Source: Klebsormidium nitens (Eukaryota; Plantae; Klebsormidiophyceae). From it: a DNA stretch of 64,000 nt. A program made the position numbers and the translations under genes. Shown here piece by piece: positions 49,761-60,899 of this stretch. The stretch lies in assembly GCA_000708835.1 (NCBI GenBank), contig DF236961.1, forward strand, positions 378,332-442,331, read 5' to 3'. Each line of letters starts with the position of its first letter. Position 1 is the first letter of the stretch. The notes below the pieces were generated by a model that saw only the letters and a program-made list of their open reading frames with translations, did no database searches and was not told the origin of the DNA.

Positions 49761-50679
49761 CTCTCTAAGTGGCTCTCTACTCCTTGGACAATCTTTAAAG
49801 CTTGTCCGCGGTTATGATTGGGGATAGCGCATCTTTGGCGGAAGCCGAAAGACTGTTGAAGTACTCTCCCCAAACCGACTTTCCGCACACCGCCACTGCT
49901 ATCGAGCTTCACCACGGAATTAAACACAAAAGAACGTACAGAAGGAAGAGCGATCTTCTTAAAATCATCTCTCCGAACGTGATTTTGGCAGCTTGTTCCG
50001 CCTGTTCAGAGAAATCCCTTTAGCGGACTCGAAGCCCTCTTCCACGTTGCAACTGTTGATAGGAAAAGTATTCAAATTGGCCAGAGAGTGCTAAGAAGTA
50101 TTGACCTTGGTTTAGCAAACAACATGTCGAGGCATGCGAACGCTAAACTATACTTGTGAATGTACTTGCTGACTCGTGAACAGCATAACTCAGGTCAGAC
50201 TGGGCAAAGGCCACTCAACTGACTCGCAAATTTTCAGATTGCAGCTTAGGGGTGAAGCAAACAACTTCGGATTGAGAGTTCTTACCATCTCGAATTTAGC
50301 TGTCCATCGAGCCTCTGCCTTTGCAAGGTCCCTGCGGGTCGCGGTCTCGTCCATGTCGCCTTGCTTGGTGCCTTAAAGAAGGAAACATGGGTTTGTCACG
50401 AAATGCTCACTTTGCGGTGCGGAACGACCGGATGTGTGATCATTGTCTTCCTTTGAGATAATAAAACCTGCCGAATGCTGGAAAGCGGAACGTAAAGATA
50501 CGCCATCAAGGAAGGAGCCACAAGCATGAAACCTTGATTACTCCTCCCTAGGCACAGCTCCCCAACTGCAATGATGATGAAACCAGCAAACTGCTTGCGC
50601 TGCCTTGTGCGCCCAGAATACATTATTATACCCTCTGTACGCACTTACTTATTACACAGAAAACGCCCTTTTGAATCAC

Positions 50680-52033
50680 TTCCGCAGATTCCGGCCCGTA
50701 GCTCACACGGGCATCCTCAATACTCTGAAGGCGACCAGGTACACCGGCCACCTGCTCGGCCCCTCGGACCAGTTCCCCCGCTTGCCTGGGGCCTGCCACA
50801 TCGACCATCTCAACATCCGGAATCACCAGCCGTATCTACAAGACAATATCCAGACCAAGATATTCAGAAACAAGACGACTCTGCGATGAAACTTGGAACA
50901 CGTCACCCAGTGACTGAAAAAAGACATGTGCTCGTCAACGCCATTGACGGCAATAAAGATTGACTCTGCATTGAACATGTACATAGACCGCGCATATTCA
51001 ACATCTAATGGTGCAGCCAACTGATAAACATGCACGCAAAGGTTTGAGGGTTTTTCAATCTGGTCAAAGGCTCGTTGCAACCTGAAGACACACTGCTTTC
51101 GTCTCTGTAAATGCAGAAGACTTGACAAGGTAATGAGCTCTGCAATGATTGATATGATACCCCATGGGATGCACTTGCCTCCGCTGTCGTGATGCCCTTC
51201 TTCTCCAGACCGGTCAACCAGCGCACATTGCCTAAACCCGACAGCACAAATCCTCTAAGCGTAGCCCAGAACCAGATGAAGGTCGCCACTGCAGCTGCCG
51301 TCATAATCACTGCCATCCATGCCAATGCATATCTCTGAGGTGAAACTAGAGGGGAGTCCGGAGGTACAGATACTGCCTGGCTTGCTACCACCTTAGGAGT
51401 CTGACTGATCTGGGGGCTGGAAGGGGATGGGCTGTGGGGCAGCTTAGGAAGGGGCAGCCGGATACTCTCTTTAAAGTGGATGATAGGCTTTTCTCGCGAA
51501 ATCGAGGGATTCAGGTCCAGTATCTCATCAGGAGGAGTGTTGTTAGACCGTGCAATCGACGAGAGTGTGTCCCGCCACTGGACTATGTAGAGACCGTGAC
51601 CAGATGATGAGGCATCCACGTCGTTGCGGTCTTCTGCATCAACATGAAGATGGCTTTTAGTGATCTTTCAGTGGTCACCTTTGCCATGACAAGAAGATAT
51701 CCCTTTTTCAGAAGCGTCAGTGACCTCCACGTACCCTTCACGCATGTTCCTATCATTACATAAGACACCAAAGCCACACGTGCTCGCTCAATCGCTTCTT
51801 TTGAGGTGCAGAAGAAGCAATTGCCCCAGACTCCTAAGAACAGCCATAGAAGGGACGATCTCTTAGCACCGCTTGTCAAAGCTGACGTTTGCCAGAACTG
51901 CTGCTTTTGAAGCAGGCCGCACGGAAGCAGCCCCGGAGTGTAAGACAGAACCAGTCCTAGGCCTTCTGGTTGAAAGCGAGCCACTTAGACCACCTGTGGG
52001 GGCTGCTGCTACTCTCAGTGCCGTCGCTGCCAT
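50680..52033 (-). CDS. LysM-domain protein with a transmembrane helix and a probable plastid transit peptide (exon linkage at both ends uncertain)
   Basis: ATG at 52033 gives MAATALRVAAAPTGGLSGSLSTRRPRTGS... (transit-peptide-like). Exon 51633-51179 encodes LysM YIVQWRDTLSSIARSNNTPPDEILDLNPSI...ESIRLP, a Pro/Ser linker and the hydrophobic YALAWMAVIMTAAAVATFIWFWATL. A GC donor (GAG|GCAAGT) is phase-compatible with an exon at about 50835-50680. More 3' exons are likely near 50300-50375. Confidence 0.65.
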
Positions 52034-52353
52034 GTTCAAATTTGGACAGGCTGAATAGGCTTTCTGTGCGGCTCTCCTTGGTGTACCAACAGTGTTGCGT
52101 CCATTGATGCTGCAGTTCAGCGATGCTCCGCGAAGGGTGGGCACCAAGAGGAGGAGTCCGTTTCGTTATCTCTCCTCCTGCCAAGTTTTGGGCGCTGCAA
52201 CGCCTGAGGCTGCAGCGCTGAGCCCTGCCACAAACTCAAACTAGAATCAAGCCTTGATGTGGCGGAAATTGGTATGCCATAAGCTGATTCGAATTGTGAG
52301 AGGCGTGAGGACATTGGCCCAGGTTCATTTCAGCATTGCGGAAGAAGATTTTT

Positions 52354-52612
52354 TACCGTACCAGCGTTTGATTTCGTCGGTCAGCGTGCCGAATAATTAG
52401 TTTCTAATCGATCTGACATTTCGGCAGAGTATTTTATAATTTTCTGACATTTCGTAAAAGTAGCATTCCTCTGCCAAATACAACCATTACCAGCCTTTAC
52501 CGTCCGTACATATTATTCGATCTTTTCGTCATCGAAGAAAAACATATTCCAAAAATGTCGGGCAGCCCAAATAATTACTTAATTAAAAACGAAATCAAAC
52601 GCTGGTACGGTA
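52354..52612. mobile_element. Short MITE with CCGTA-type TIRs (Tc1/mariner superfamily)
   Basis: TA|CCGTACCAGCGTTTGATTTCGT at the left end and its exact reverse complement followed by TA at the right end. AT-rich interior. Confidence 0.8.
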
Positions 52613-53382
52613 CCGTAGTATGTGTGCCGTTGCAGTGACTTCACGGTGCTTCAGCAGTTATCCCGGGGCATGTGTGGCGCTGTGAAATGCCACCATGCAG
52701 TTGGTCAGGAGCCAATGTCCATCTTGGTGCTTTGAAAGATGTGGTTTAAAGCAGCAGATGCTGCTGATTTGGAGATGCACAGATGCGGCAGCTTACAGCG
52801 AAGCATCTCGCCTAGCAGCACTGGACTCAATGCTGCCTACAACATGCGGCTGCTGCTCAAAAGCAGATCTGCTGCCCGATAAAAGCCTCAGCATTGCATG
52901 TATTTTCTCATTTAGCCCTGTCCAGCTTCCATTCTTGCCAGCAAGCTTCAGCCTTGTTTTGAAGCAATACCATGGCGCCATCCTGCATTTCCAAATCATC
53001 CATCAGAGCAGCGTCTGCCAGCTCTTCTGCTACCACCCGCATCTCTGCGGACCTGGGCCGGGTGCAGGTTGCGCACCCCGCTCCACTCGGCTGCTACCGA
53101 AGCGCCAGCACATGGTCGCGGAGCTTGATCATAGCGCCTTTGGTTATCCAGCCCATGCGCTGAGACTCTTCAATGAGAAAACACTCGAGTATGACGAGCC
53201 CATCGCTTTCAAACGCTGCTCTTTGAACATGCTGAGAGCTCTTGAGCTGCAGCCTCCTGTTGTAGATGGTGCTGACAAGTTTGAAGGTTTCCTAAGATCA
53301 TGGAGCTGAAGGACCTTTCCCTCATGAATGAGAAGGAGAGGGGTAGTTTGCGCGAGCCGCGCGTCAACGAGGTCTCTTACAT

Positions 53383-55040
53383 ATGCATCGGCTAATTGTG
53401 AAGAAAAAGGAGCAGGAGCGGAAGCGCGCCGTCAAAGCGGCCCGGCTTCGGAAAGTTCCCGACGAAGCAACGGTGAGCAACATCTCAGTGTTTGGAATCA
53501 TTGCATTGTGTTTTCGCTGGCTCGATTGTTGGGCAGCTTATGTAAACACTGAGCTTCACACAGGCTGTCCAACTTTCTTTGAAGTTTCTCATGAGCATAG
53601 ATGCTTTGACAAACCCGCTGCTTTTCTGCAGTCAATGTTTTCGGAGCTCTAGACATAAATAAAATCAACCTACAAGCAACGAACAATCGATTGAATTGCA
53701 CGGCTGCTTTGCCGCGTCCTGATCTACTTCAAAAGCCTGGTTGCTTATGGTGCTGGTGGTTTGAAGACGTTGTTGTTCATCGATCTAACTTCCATCGAAA
53801 GTTGACCACCTGCAACTCGTCCTGACAGATCATTCTCTCAACCCCATATGCTACCTCAAGTTGCTACCATAATTTCAATCATACAGGTTCTTGCTTCCCG
53901 TCGTTGCAGGGCCTGGTTCGCGCGGCGCCGCCAACGTCCATCAGCCCAATCAGCGAGTTGAAGCCGCGGAGGCTTACCCGCGACCTGACAGCCAAGGCCC
54001 TCACCAAGTGGTACGTCGACCTCTCCTTCAAGCATATTCTTTCCGCGTGCACGTGTTTTTCTTGAATCTGTTATTGTCGTCATTATTTCATGTCAACCTG
54101 CATTACGAGATCAATCTCGACCACTCTTACCTGGTAACCTGATAGTTATAAGTCCATTCGCATTTCCTTGTCTCCAGGTTGATTGAAGGCATACATGTGG
54201 GCCCTAGACCTGCCCCCGCTCTGATGATAACCAATTATTCTGGACATCGGACATGCTGAAAACTTTAGTAATTTCCAGTTTCAAAGTGAGGCGATCAATC
54301 CTGGCAGCCAATGAGGGTCAACTTTGATTGACATGGCATGTGCAGGTTCGGAGGAGAGAAGCGTGGCAAGGTCCAGACCTGTCACAGCAGCCGCTAAAGA
54401 GAACGAAGGGGGCGCCCAAAGAAGATCAGGTGATCATTTTGACATACTGTTACCTGCAATGTTGCTTGCTGTGAGCTTCAGTCATGTTGGTATGATGCAA
54501 ACGCAAGGACAGACCTATCTGTTCAGGTTTTTTTCTCCTTTCTCAAATCCTTCTTGGGAACACTCTGTCAAGCTTTGCATGGAGCTGGAAAACCTTAGTG
54601 CTCCTTGTGGCACAGAATGCAACTACACTCAGTGCACAGTGGACCCTCGAAGTGACAGCGAATGCTGTTGAAATGTAGATATTGCAGTCTCGCAAGTGGC
54701 TTCTTGACCATACTCGCCCGGCTTGAACGCCTGACCTGTTATCTACCAAGATGCTTCAATCATTCTTAAGCGTCTGGCCTTGCAGGTGACGTCATCTTCT
54801 CGCACTCCGCCCCGCGCCGTACTCCGGCCTCTGCCCGTGTGTACCAACGGCACGGTGGTCTTTGCCAACGGAAGGCCAGTGGCCGTCAGCCGTGCCGGCG
54901 CTGCCCCGTGCTGCCAGACTGTCCCGCCGTCTTCTGCCCCGGGAGAGGCCCTTGTCAAGCCCGAGGTAGTTGTAAGAGAGCCGGAGAGCAAGCCCGATTT
55001 CACCGATCGAAAAACACCAGCGGAGCTGAAGAAGCTGAAG
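53383..55040 (+). CDS. Putative novel 5' exons that may splice onto the duplicated BZW 3' exons
   Basis: Exon-like blocks: about 53383-53472 (donor ACG|GTGAGC), 53910-54010, about 54346-54429, and 54786-55040 (TTGCAG acceptor; ends LKKLK|GCAAGT, a GC donor in phase 0 that matches BZW exon 55396). Internal phases between 54010 and 54346 are not reconciled. Confidence 0.35.
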
Positions 55041-55395
55041 GCAAGTTGACCCTTGATCTACGTCCGGTGGGATTTGTTTGGGAGCGATCGTCTGCCTTTT
55101 TTACACGGATCTAATTCTGCCTGGTCCAACCCTCCGTTGAGCTTTCCTAATCGTCATTCTCCTGGTTTTTACATCATCAACCTGCTTTGAAGGTCCCCGT
55201 CGCTTCTTTCTTCGGCTATTGCTACCTGGTTATTTGACGTTCCCAAAGAACCTCAGTCAAGGTTGCCATTACCTCTAACTCGTGACTCCCTGATGACCTG
55301 TACTTTGGCAAATTTCCTCATCTGCGTTGAAGTTTGTTGCACCAAACGGCTTGGTTTGGACCGAAGTAACGAACTGCTGTTCGCTGCTGCTTCAG

Positions 55396-57779
55396 GACGT
55401 CCTGGTCGAGTACAACAACAAGAAGGTGTTTGACATCAAGCTGAGGGAGCTGAAGGCCACCGTGACGACCACGATCAGGTACGCGCCCTGCGCACACCGG
55501 TTCAGCCGCTTTGCATTCCCGCTGATTGTCTTAGAAATTGTCCACTCGCTGAATGAGAGTTTCGTGGTCCTTGCCATAGTCTGTTCTGCTTGACGAACTT
55601 TGTTGGTCCGCGACGTGAATGTGATGGTTATGAGCGTTTCGCTCCATGTCAACATTTGTCTTCGCCCCCAAAGAAACGTCTGCGACTGTCTGTGATGCTT
55701 GACAGAGCTTCGGCTCCTTGACATGCTCTCCGCTGAAGGAAGGATCTTGATGGCCTTTACAAGCTGCTGAAACGGCCCCCGTCGGGATAAGGAAAGAGTG
55801 TCAGATGTCTGCCGACGTTACCCTGACGCGCTCTTGTGGCAGTGCGGTTTCCGATGATGACTTGGTTGCATCTGCAGAGGAAAGCGTGCAAGAGTTTTGG
55901 GAACAGACAGCATCCGTCTGAGGAAAGGAGAAGCCTAGCTGACTTTCGACAGATTGCTGACGTCATGCTGACGCTCCTTTGCAGCGAGGAGGCCCCCGTG
56001 GACGACGTCATCGCTTTTGCCAAGAAGGAGAAGAAGGACTCGAGCCTGCCCGAGGTGGACGTGCTACTGGACTTGTGGGACGCCATGATGGACGCCGTGC
56101 AGTGGAGCGGCAAGAACCAGCAGCAAAACACCAACCTCGCGCTCCGCCAGGTGGGTTTGAGTTTCGTGCGCTTTCTGGTGATCTGCGGATGTGTCTCCCT
56201 TGTTCTTGTCCTTTGTTTTGCTCCCGTTGGTGCTCTGCTGAGAGTGTCTCTTCACTGATCCAACAAAACCGGCAGCGAAATACGGACTTGACGCTGCGCC
56301 AGGCAGGACTAGGTCGATGTGCTGCTTTGCTTTGCGAGTTCGTTCTTGATTTCGCCCTTGAACGGTTCTGTGTTTCTGCCAGCTGCCTCACGCTCGCTAT
56401 GAGGGCAATCTATGTGTCACAAAAGCCGCCTTGAGAGAGGATGAGCCACGCGTTTTCTTCTGTGCGGTTGTCGGTTTCTTAGCATGGTCCGACGGTGGGT
56501 GAAAGTTGCTCTTGGTCTCCTTGACTAAGCAAGGACCAATAGCAAAAAGACTAAGCTCCCGCTGCGCCAGGTGAGGTCCGTCCGTGCGTCTTTCTTTCTC
56601 GTATTCGTCACGTTCTCAATCTGCTTGATCGGCAAAAACCAATTCCGCGCTGCACCAGGTAGGGTCCTTGGTTGCGCCTTTTTTCTTTTGGTTTGCGGGA
56701 TACCGTTATCACTTTACCCCGTCGGTGCAACTTCTGGGAATTTGGGGTAGCTTTGGTCTTTGCGAAGGTGCACAGATCTTTTCTTTGCTTTTATTGGCTT
56801 TCCCCTTCTGTGCAAGTGGCTCGTGTCAGATGAGGCAACGACCCGCAGAAGAACATCAAGCTCGCGCTGTGGCAAGCGGCGACCCTCTTAATGCCTGGGA
56901 GGTGAGAAGGTTACTTTCACGTCATTCTCCTCTCTATGTTCCGAGCCTCTTCTCACCCCTCTTCCACCCTTTCTAATGCCAGGTGAAGGGATGGGGCAAG
57001 CTCCTGGGTGCTTTCTCCACCACGAGCAAGGCGGAGTTTGCGCTCATCTACAAGGTCCAGGCCTGCTGTTACGAGGACGCCAAGCTTATGAAGCTCTTCG
57101 CCGAGGTGCGCCGCTCACGTAGACTCTCAGAGAACGTGGTTTTCTTTTCCCACGTCAGTCTAGTAAACAGATGGATCGATGAGAATACAGGCTTAGGGGC
57201 CTCTCTCGCCGAGGTGGGCTGCTCGCTCAGGCTTATAAGGGTGTCAGAGAATGTTGACTTTCACTATCTTGCGCCGTTCATACACTTTGCGACACATGAT
57301 ATGGGTTCTGGAAGAAGCACTTTTCCACAAAACGCTGGGTATAGCGTCTCTGGTAGAGACTTTACGAGTTTCCGTAAGCAGATGATGGGTCTGGGTCAAC
57401 TGCTGTACCTTTGTTTGACCTCCATAGCTTCGGAAATTCCGGCATCTATCAAACCAGAGTATGCCAGAAGTATTTTGTTGTTTCCTTGGATCATACGAGG
57501 CTTGAAAAGCACATCCTTCGCATATGGTGCATATTTTCTGAAGACCTGCGCTTCCCTACTTCAAGCTTGTGGTTCACCAAGACTCAAATTCTGTCGGACC
57601 TGACACACCGTCTTCTGCAGATTGTGCGCATCCTGTATGACTTGGACGTGCTGGGCGAGGACACCATCCTGACCTGGTATCGCAAGGGGACTAACCCCAA
57701 GGGCAGGCAGGTGTTTGTGAAGGCCCTGGAGCCGTTCGTTAAGTGGCTGGAGGAAGCCGAGGAGGAAGACGACGAGTAA
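55396..57779 (+). CDS. BZW: Duplicate of the last four BZW exons (W2 C-terminal domain)
   Basis: Exons 55396-55478, 55985-56150, 56983-57105, 57621-57779 have the same lengths as copy 1, intact splice sites and an intact frame. The introns and about 500 bp of downstream sequence are also recognisably homologous. No equivalent of exons 1-7 is visible upstream. Confidence 0.88.
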
Positions 57780-60404
57780 ATGTATCGAATTTGCCTTACG
57801 ATGCTCGACGCTGTTTTGTTTTCGACTGAAGAGTTTTTGAGCCGTATCGCTTATTTCATGAAGTCCCAAGAGCTGTGTGGGGATGTTTTCAGAATGTGAG
57901 GTGCACTGTGCTCTAACAAAACCCGGCCGTCTGCACCTCCCAGCCACTATCACATGCTTGAGTGACACCATCTTCGTATGCTCGGAGTTCTACTGAGCGC
58001 TAGCTTCTTACTGAGCGCTAGCTTGTTGGAAGGCGTTGAGCGCATTGAATGACCTTGTGCTGGCCATCGACAACCCTGAACTGTATTCGGCGGTTGGCCT
58101 GGAGGCACACGAACATAGTCAGGCTGTTTCGGCCGCTTAGGCCGGCCCGGCCATTCTGTCTGGTGATTTGGTGTTTAGTAGAGCTGTAGCTTAGTGCTTT
58201 AGACGAGGAATAACTCTGTCAATGAGGGTTTAAATATGTTCCTTATACTTCATTCACGCACTTGCATTTCCGAGGTTCAGATTTGGCCGCCGTACTATGA
58301 TAATATGATTATGTGAATACCAAAGAGGGCACCCCGCTCCTCCGAATGCATGTCAGTCAATTTGATTCCCCCCACGTGAACCATCTTAACACGGCAGCGG
58401 GATTCGACCTATAGAAGACAAAAGACAGGCAGAATGCAGATCAAACGTGGCGCGTCGATTTGATGCATGAGCAACGCAGTGCAACTCGACGATCTGCAAC
58501 TTCAAATGTGCAGTAATATTTGGTCGAATTTGCAGATGCAATCGTCAACTTTACTTGCACGGCCGCCGCATTGAGACGGTGACGGTGAATGTTTTCGATC
58601 GAAGATCGAACTAATCCGAGAACGACGTTTATCCCTAGCGTACCGAACTCAGTACGGTACCGTAGTGACTACTGATTATATAATAACAGAATCTCATACA
58701 GAGCCGGAAGAAAAAAATTTGCATGCCTATACATAATATACCATAAAAGGTCTATACATGTATATACACTTTGTATCGAAATATCGCGAGGCCGGACTCG
58801 TAGCATTCAGTGAATTGTACGTATGGTATGGCATGCATGTTACGTATGGTATGGGATGCACGAGTACTTACGGCCTGGCCCGGGAGTACACAACGCTGTA
58901 TGCATAATACTGTGAGTCAACCGTGCAACGTACTGCATGTCGAATGATCATTCAAGCATCTAGCACACTGCAGGCCGGTACAATACGTCATTGTATGACG
59001 TCTGACACTTGTCTTTGAGACAGGTCCATCTTGTCTTGATTGTCGAGCACGGTCCAATCCATCAAACAATCTGCTACTTTCTTTGAAGGTTGCTTTGGAT
59101 CACGAACACACGGGAAGGAACCAGTCCTTTTCTCGAGCAGATGTAGCCGGGGAACGGCTCGACGGGACCTGACGAAAAGTGGCCGTTCGCATCATGATGC
59201 ACTTTACCGCGGCTGCAATTTTTGCCGCCTGCAGTGCGGAGACTTGACGAAGTACGGCGATTGCTTAAACGGCTTTGACATTGAAGATCTATCGGTTTGC
59301 GAGCAACCAAGCCTGCGATTGGAAAGCTTGGCTTGTAACACACGGCAACAGATAGCTACGAGCTTGAGACTCTTTGAGTTGTGATACAGGTGTCCAGTAC
59401 GTTCAAGACCCTTTCGCGTGTCTCGAAACACTATAGATAGGACACAGACACTCTCAATGATCACTACAGGACCATTGCTCCGTCTTTGCCTGAAAAGCAA
59501 GATTTGAAAAGCAGCAGCACACACGATACAATCGCCCATGTGAAGTCATTATGGGACCGGATGATTATGCATGGATCGAATGTCGAGGACCGCCAAAGCT
59601 GCTGCAAAAGGCTGTGCACCGAGGTTGATAAAAGTAGCATACAAGCACTCTAGGTGAACTTTCCATGGACAGACGTACACGCCATATGATGCACAGATTA
59701 GATGATTGGAGCACTGTTCTAGCGTCCACTGTTGGATGACCGCAGATCAGCATGAAATTCCGTCCAAATCTTCGCTGAACTGAATGTGTTGGCGACCATC
59801 GATTAGAGCATGATGTTATCATGACCCAGGAATGTATTGTTTGTCGATCTATGTGACATAAAATAATCTGAGGGTTGGCCTATTACTGCACTTGCCTAAA
59901 CCAGTGCTGATTCTGCGGGGGCCTGCATCTCCACGCTACATACTTTAGGCCGTTGGTAGAGCTCCTTAATCCGCCTTGGACCCCAAAATGAGAGGCAATA
60001 GAGCACACCCCCCGCCAGAAATATCCACGTGGTTCCACGAAGGGGTCAACTGTCCGCAACTCAAGCCGAGTCAACAAATGACAAACGGTAACAACCGCAC
60101 CACGAAATTTTGACAACCTGGTGCACTGGTCCCTTCGAATTCAGCTGATCGAGCTAGCTCCGGGCTGCCATCTCACCATTAGTTGGGTTACTGCCTGCTG
60201 CGCCGCTTTTACCACAATCCAACACCTCCTCCGCTAATAGCTGTGCTATATAGCTTATATGCATCTCATTTGCAGGAATCTTATTCCAAAGAATGGCCTC
60301 TATAGGTATCACCGTCAGATTCACTAATGCTAAGCAAGGCTCGACCGATGAGCGCACCCCAGCACCACAAGCTTTAGAACTACAATCTAAAAGCACCTCG
60401 CACT

Positions 60405-60899
60405 TTAACCAAAGAAACCGGGGGTGTCTTCCCAGGAACGGCTGGAGAAGTCGGCAGGAGCCTGAGGAGTTGGGGCTGGAGCCTCAGGGGTTGCTTCCCC
60501 CCAGAAACTGGGGATGTCTTCGAAGGAACGGAAGTCGGCAGGAGCCTGAGGGGTTGGGGCTGGAGCCTCAGGGGTTGCTTCCCCCCAGAAACTGGGGGTG
60601 TCTTCAAAGGAACGGCTGGAGAAGTCGGCAGGAGCCCGAGGGGTTGGGGCTGGAGCCCGAGGGGTTGGGGTTGGAGCCCGAGCCCGAGGGGTTGGGGTTG
60701 GGGCTGGAGCCTGAGGGGTTGGAGCTGGAGCCTCAGGGGTTGCTCCCCCGAAGAAACTGGGGATGTCTTCCCAAGACGCGAAAGAGCTTTGGGCTGGAGC
60801 CTTAGGGGTTGCTTCCCAAGACCCATTGGAGCTTTGGGCTGGAGACCGAGGGGTTGCTTGCCAGAAACCGCTGGAGCTTTGGGCTGAAGAGTTTGCGCT
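60405..60899 (-). repeat. Coding repeat array in the RbcS tail (84-90-bp units plus 18-bp APTP sub-repeats)
   Basis: Four S[WF]ED[IT]P[SG]F[FW]G motifs separated by 45, 18 and 20 aa of [17 protein letters not shown]-type spacer, preceded by two W[QE]ATP..PAQSS units. All length differences between units preserve frame. Confidence 0.95.

Noticed and set aside
52695-53382. 204-aa ORF and adjacent frames upstream of the putative chimeric exons
   Set aside because: Joining them to 53383 needs frameshifts; I could not decide between UTR, pseudogene and real exon.
44444-58290. BZW duplicate as an uncollapsed haplotype or assembly artefact
   Set aside because: The introns differ by many substitutions and indels while the exons differ mostly at silent sites, which fits an older real duplication. 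Long reads would still be needed to exclude it formally.
58370-58420. GGTCGAATCCC (minus strand), resembling a tRNA T-loop/B-box
   Set aside because: No cloverleaf or A-box could be built around it.
59040-60150. Short Cys-containing ORFs downstream of rbcS
   Set aside because: No consistent frame, splice pattern or recognisable motif.
60293-60805. 170-aa plus-strand ORF with EPEGLGL repeats
   Set aside because: It is the antisense shadow of the RbcS tail repeat; the minus frame is continuous with an unambiguous RbcS domain.
60405-60899. RbcS tail as a CRISPR-like array or an arabinogalactan/extensin module
   Set aside because: The units are in-frame coding repeats without unique spacers or cas genes. 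The AP/TP-rich composition resembles AGP glycomodules, but the protein has a plastid transit peptide rather than a signal peptide.
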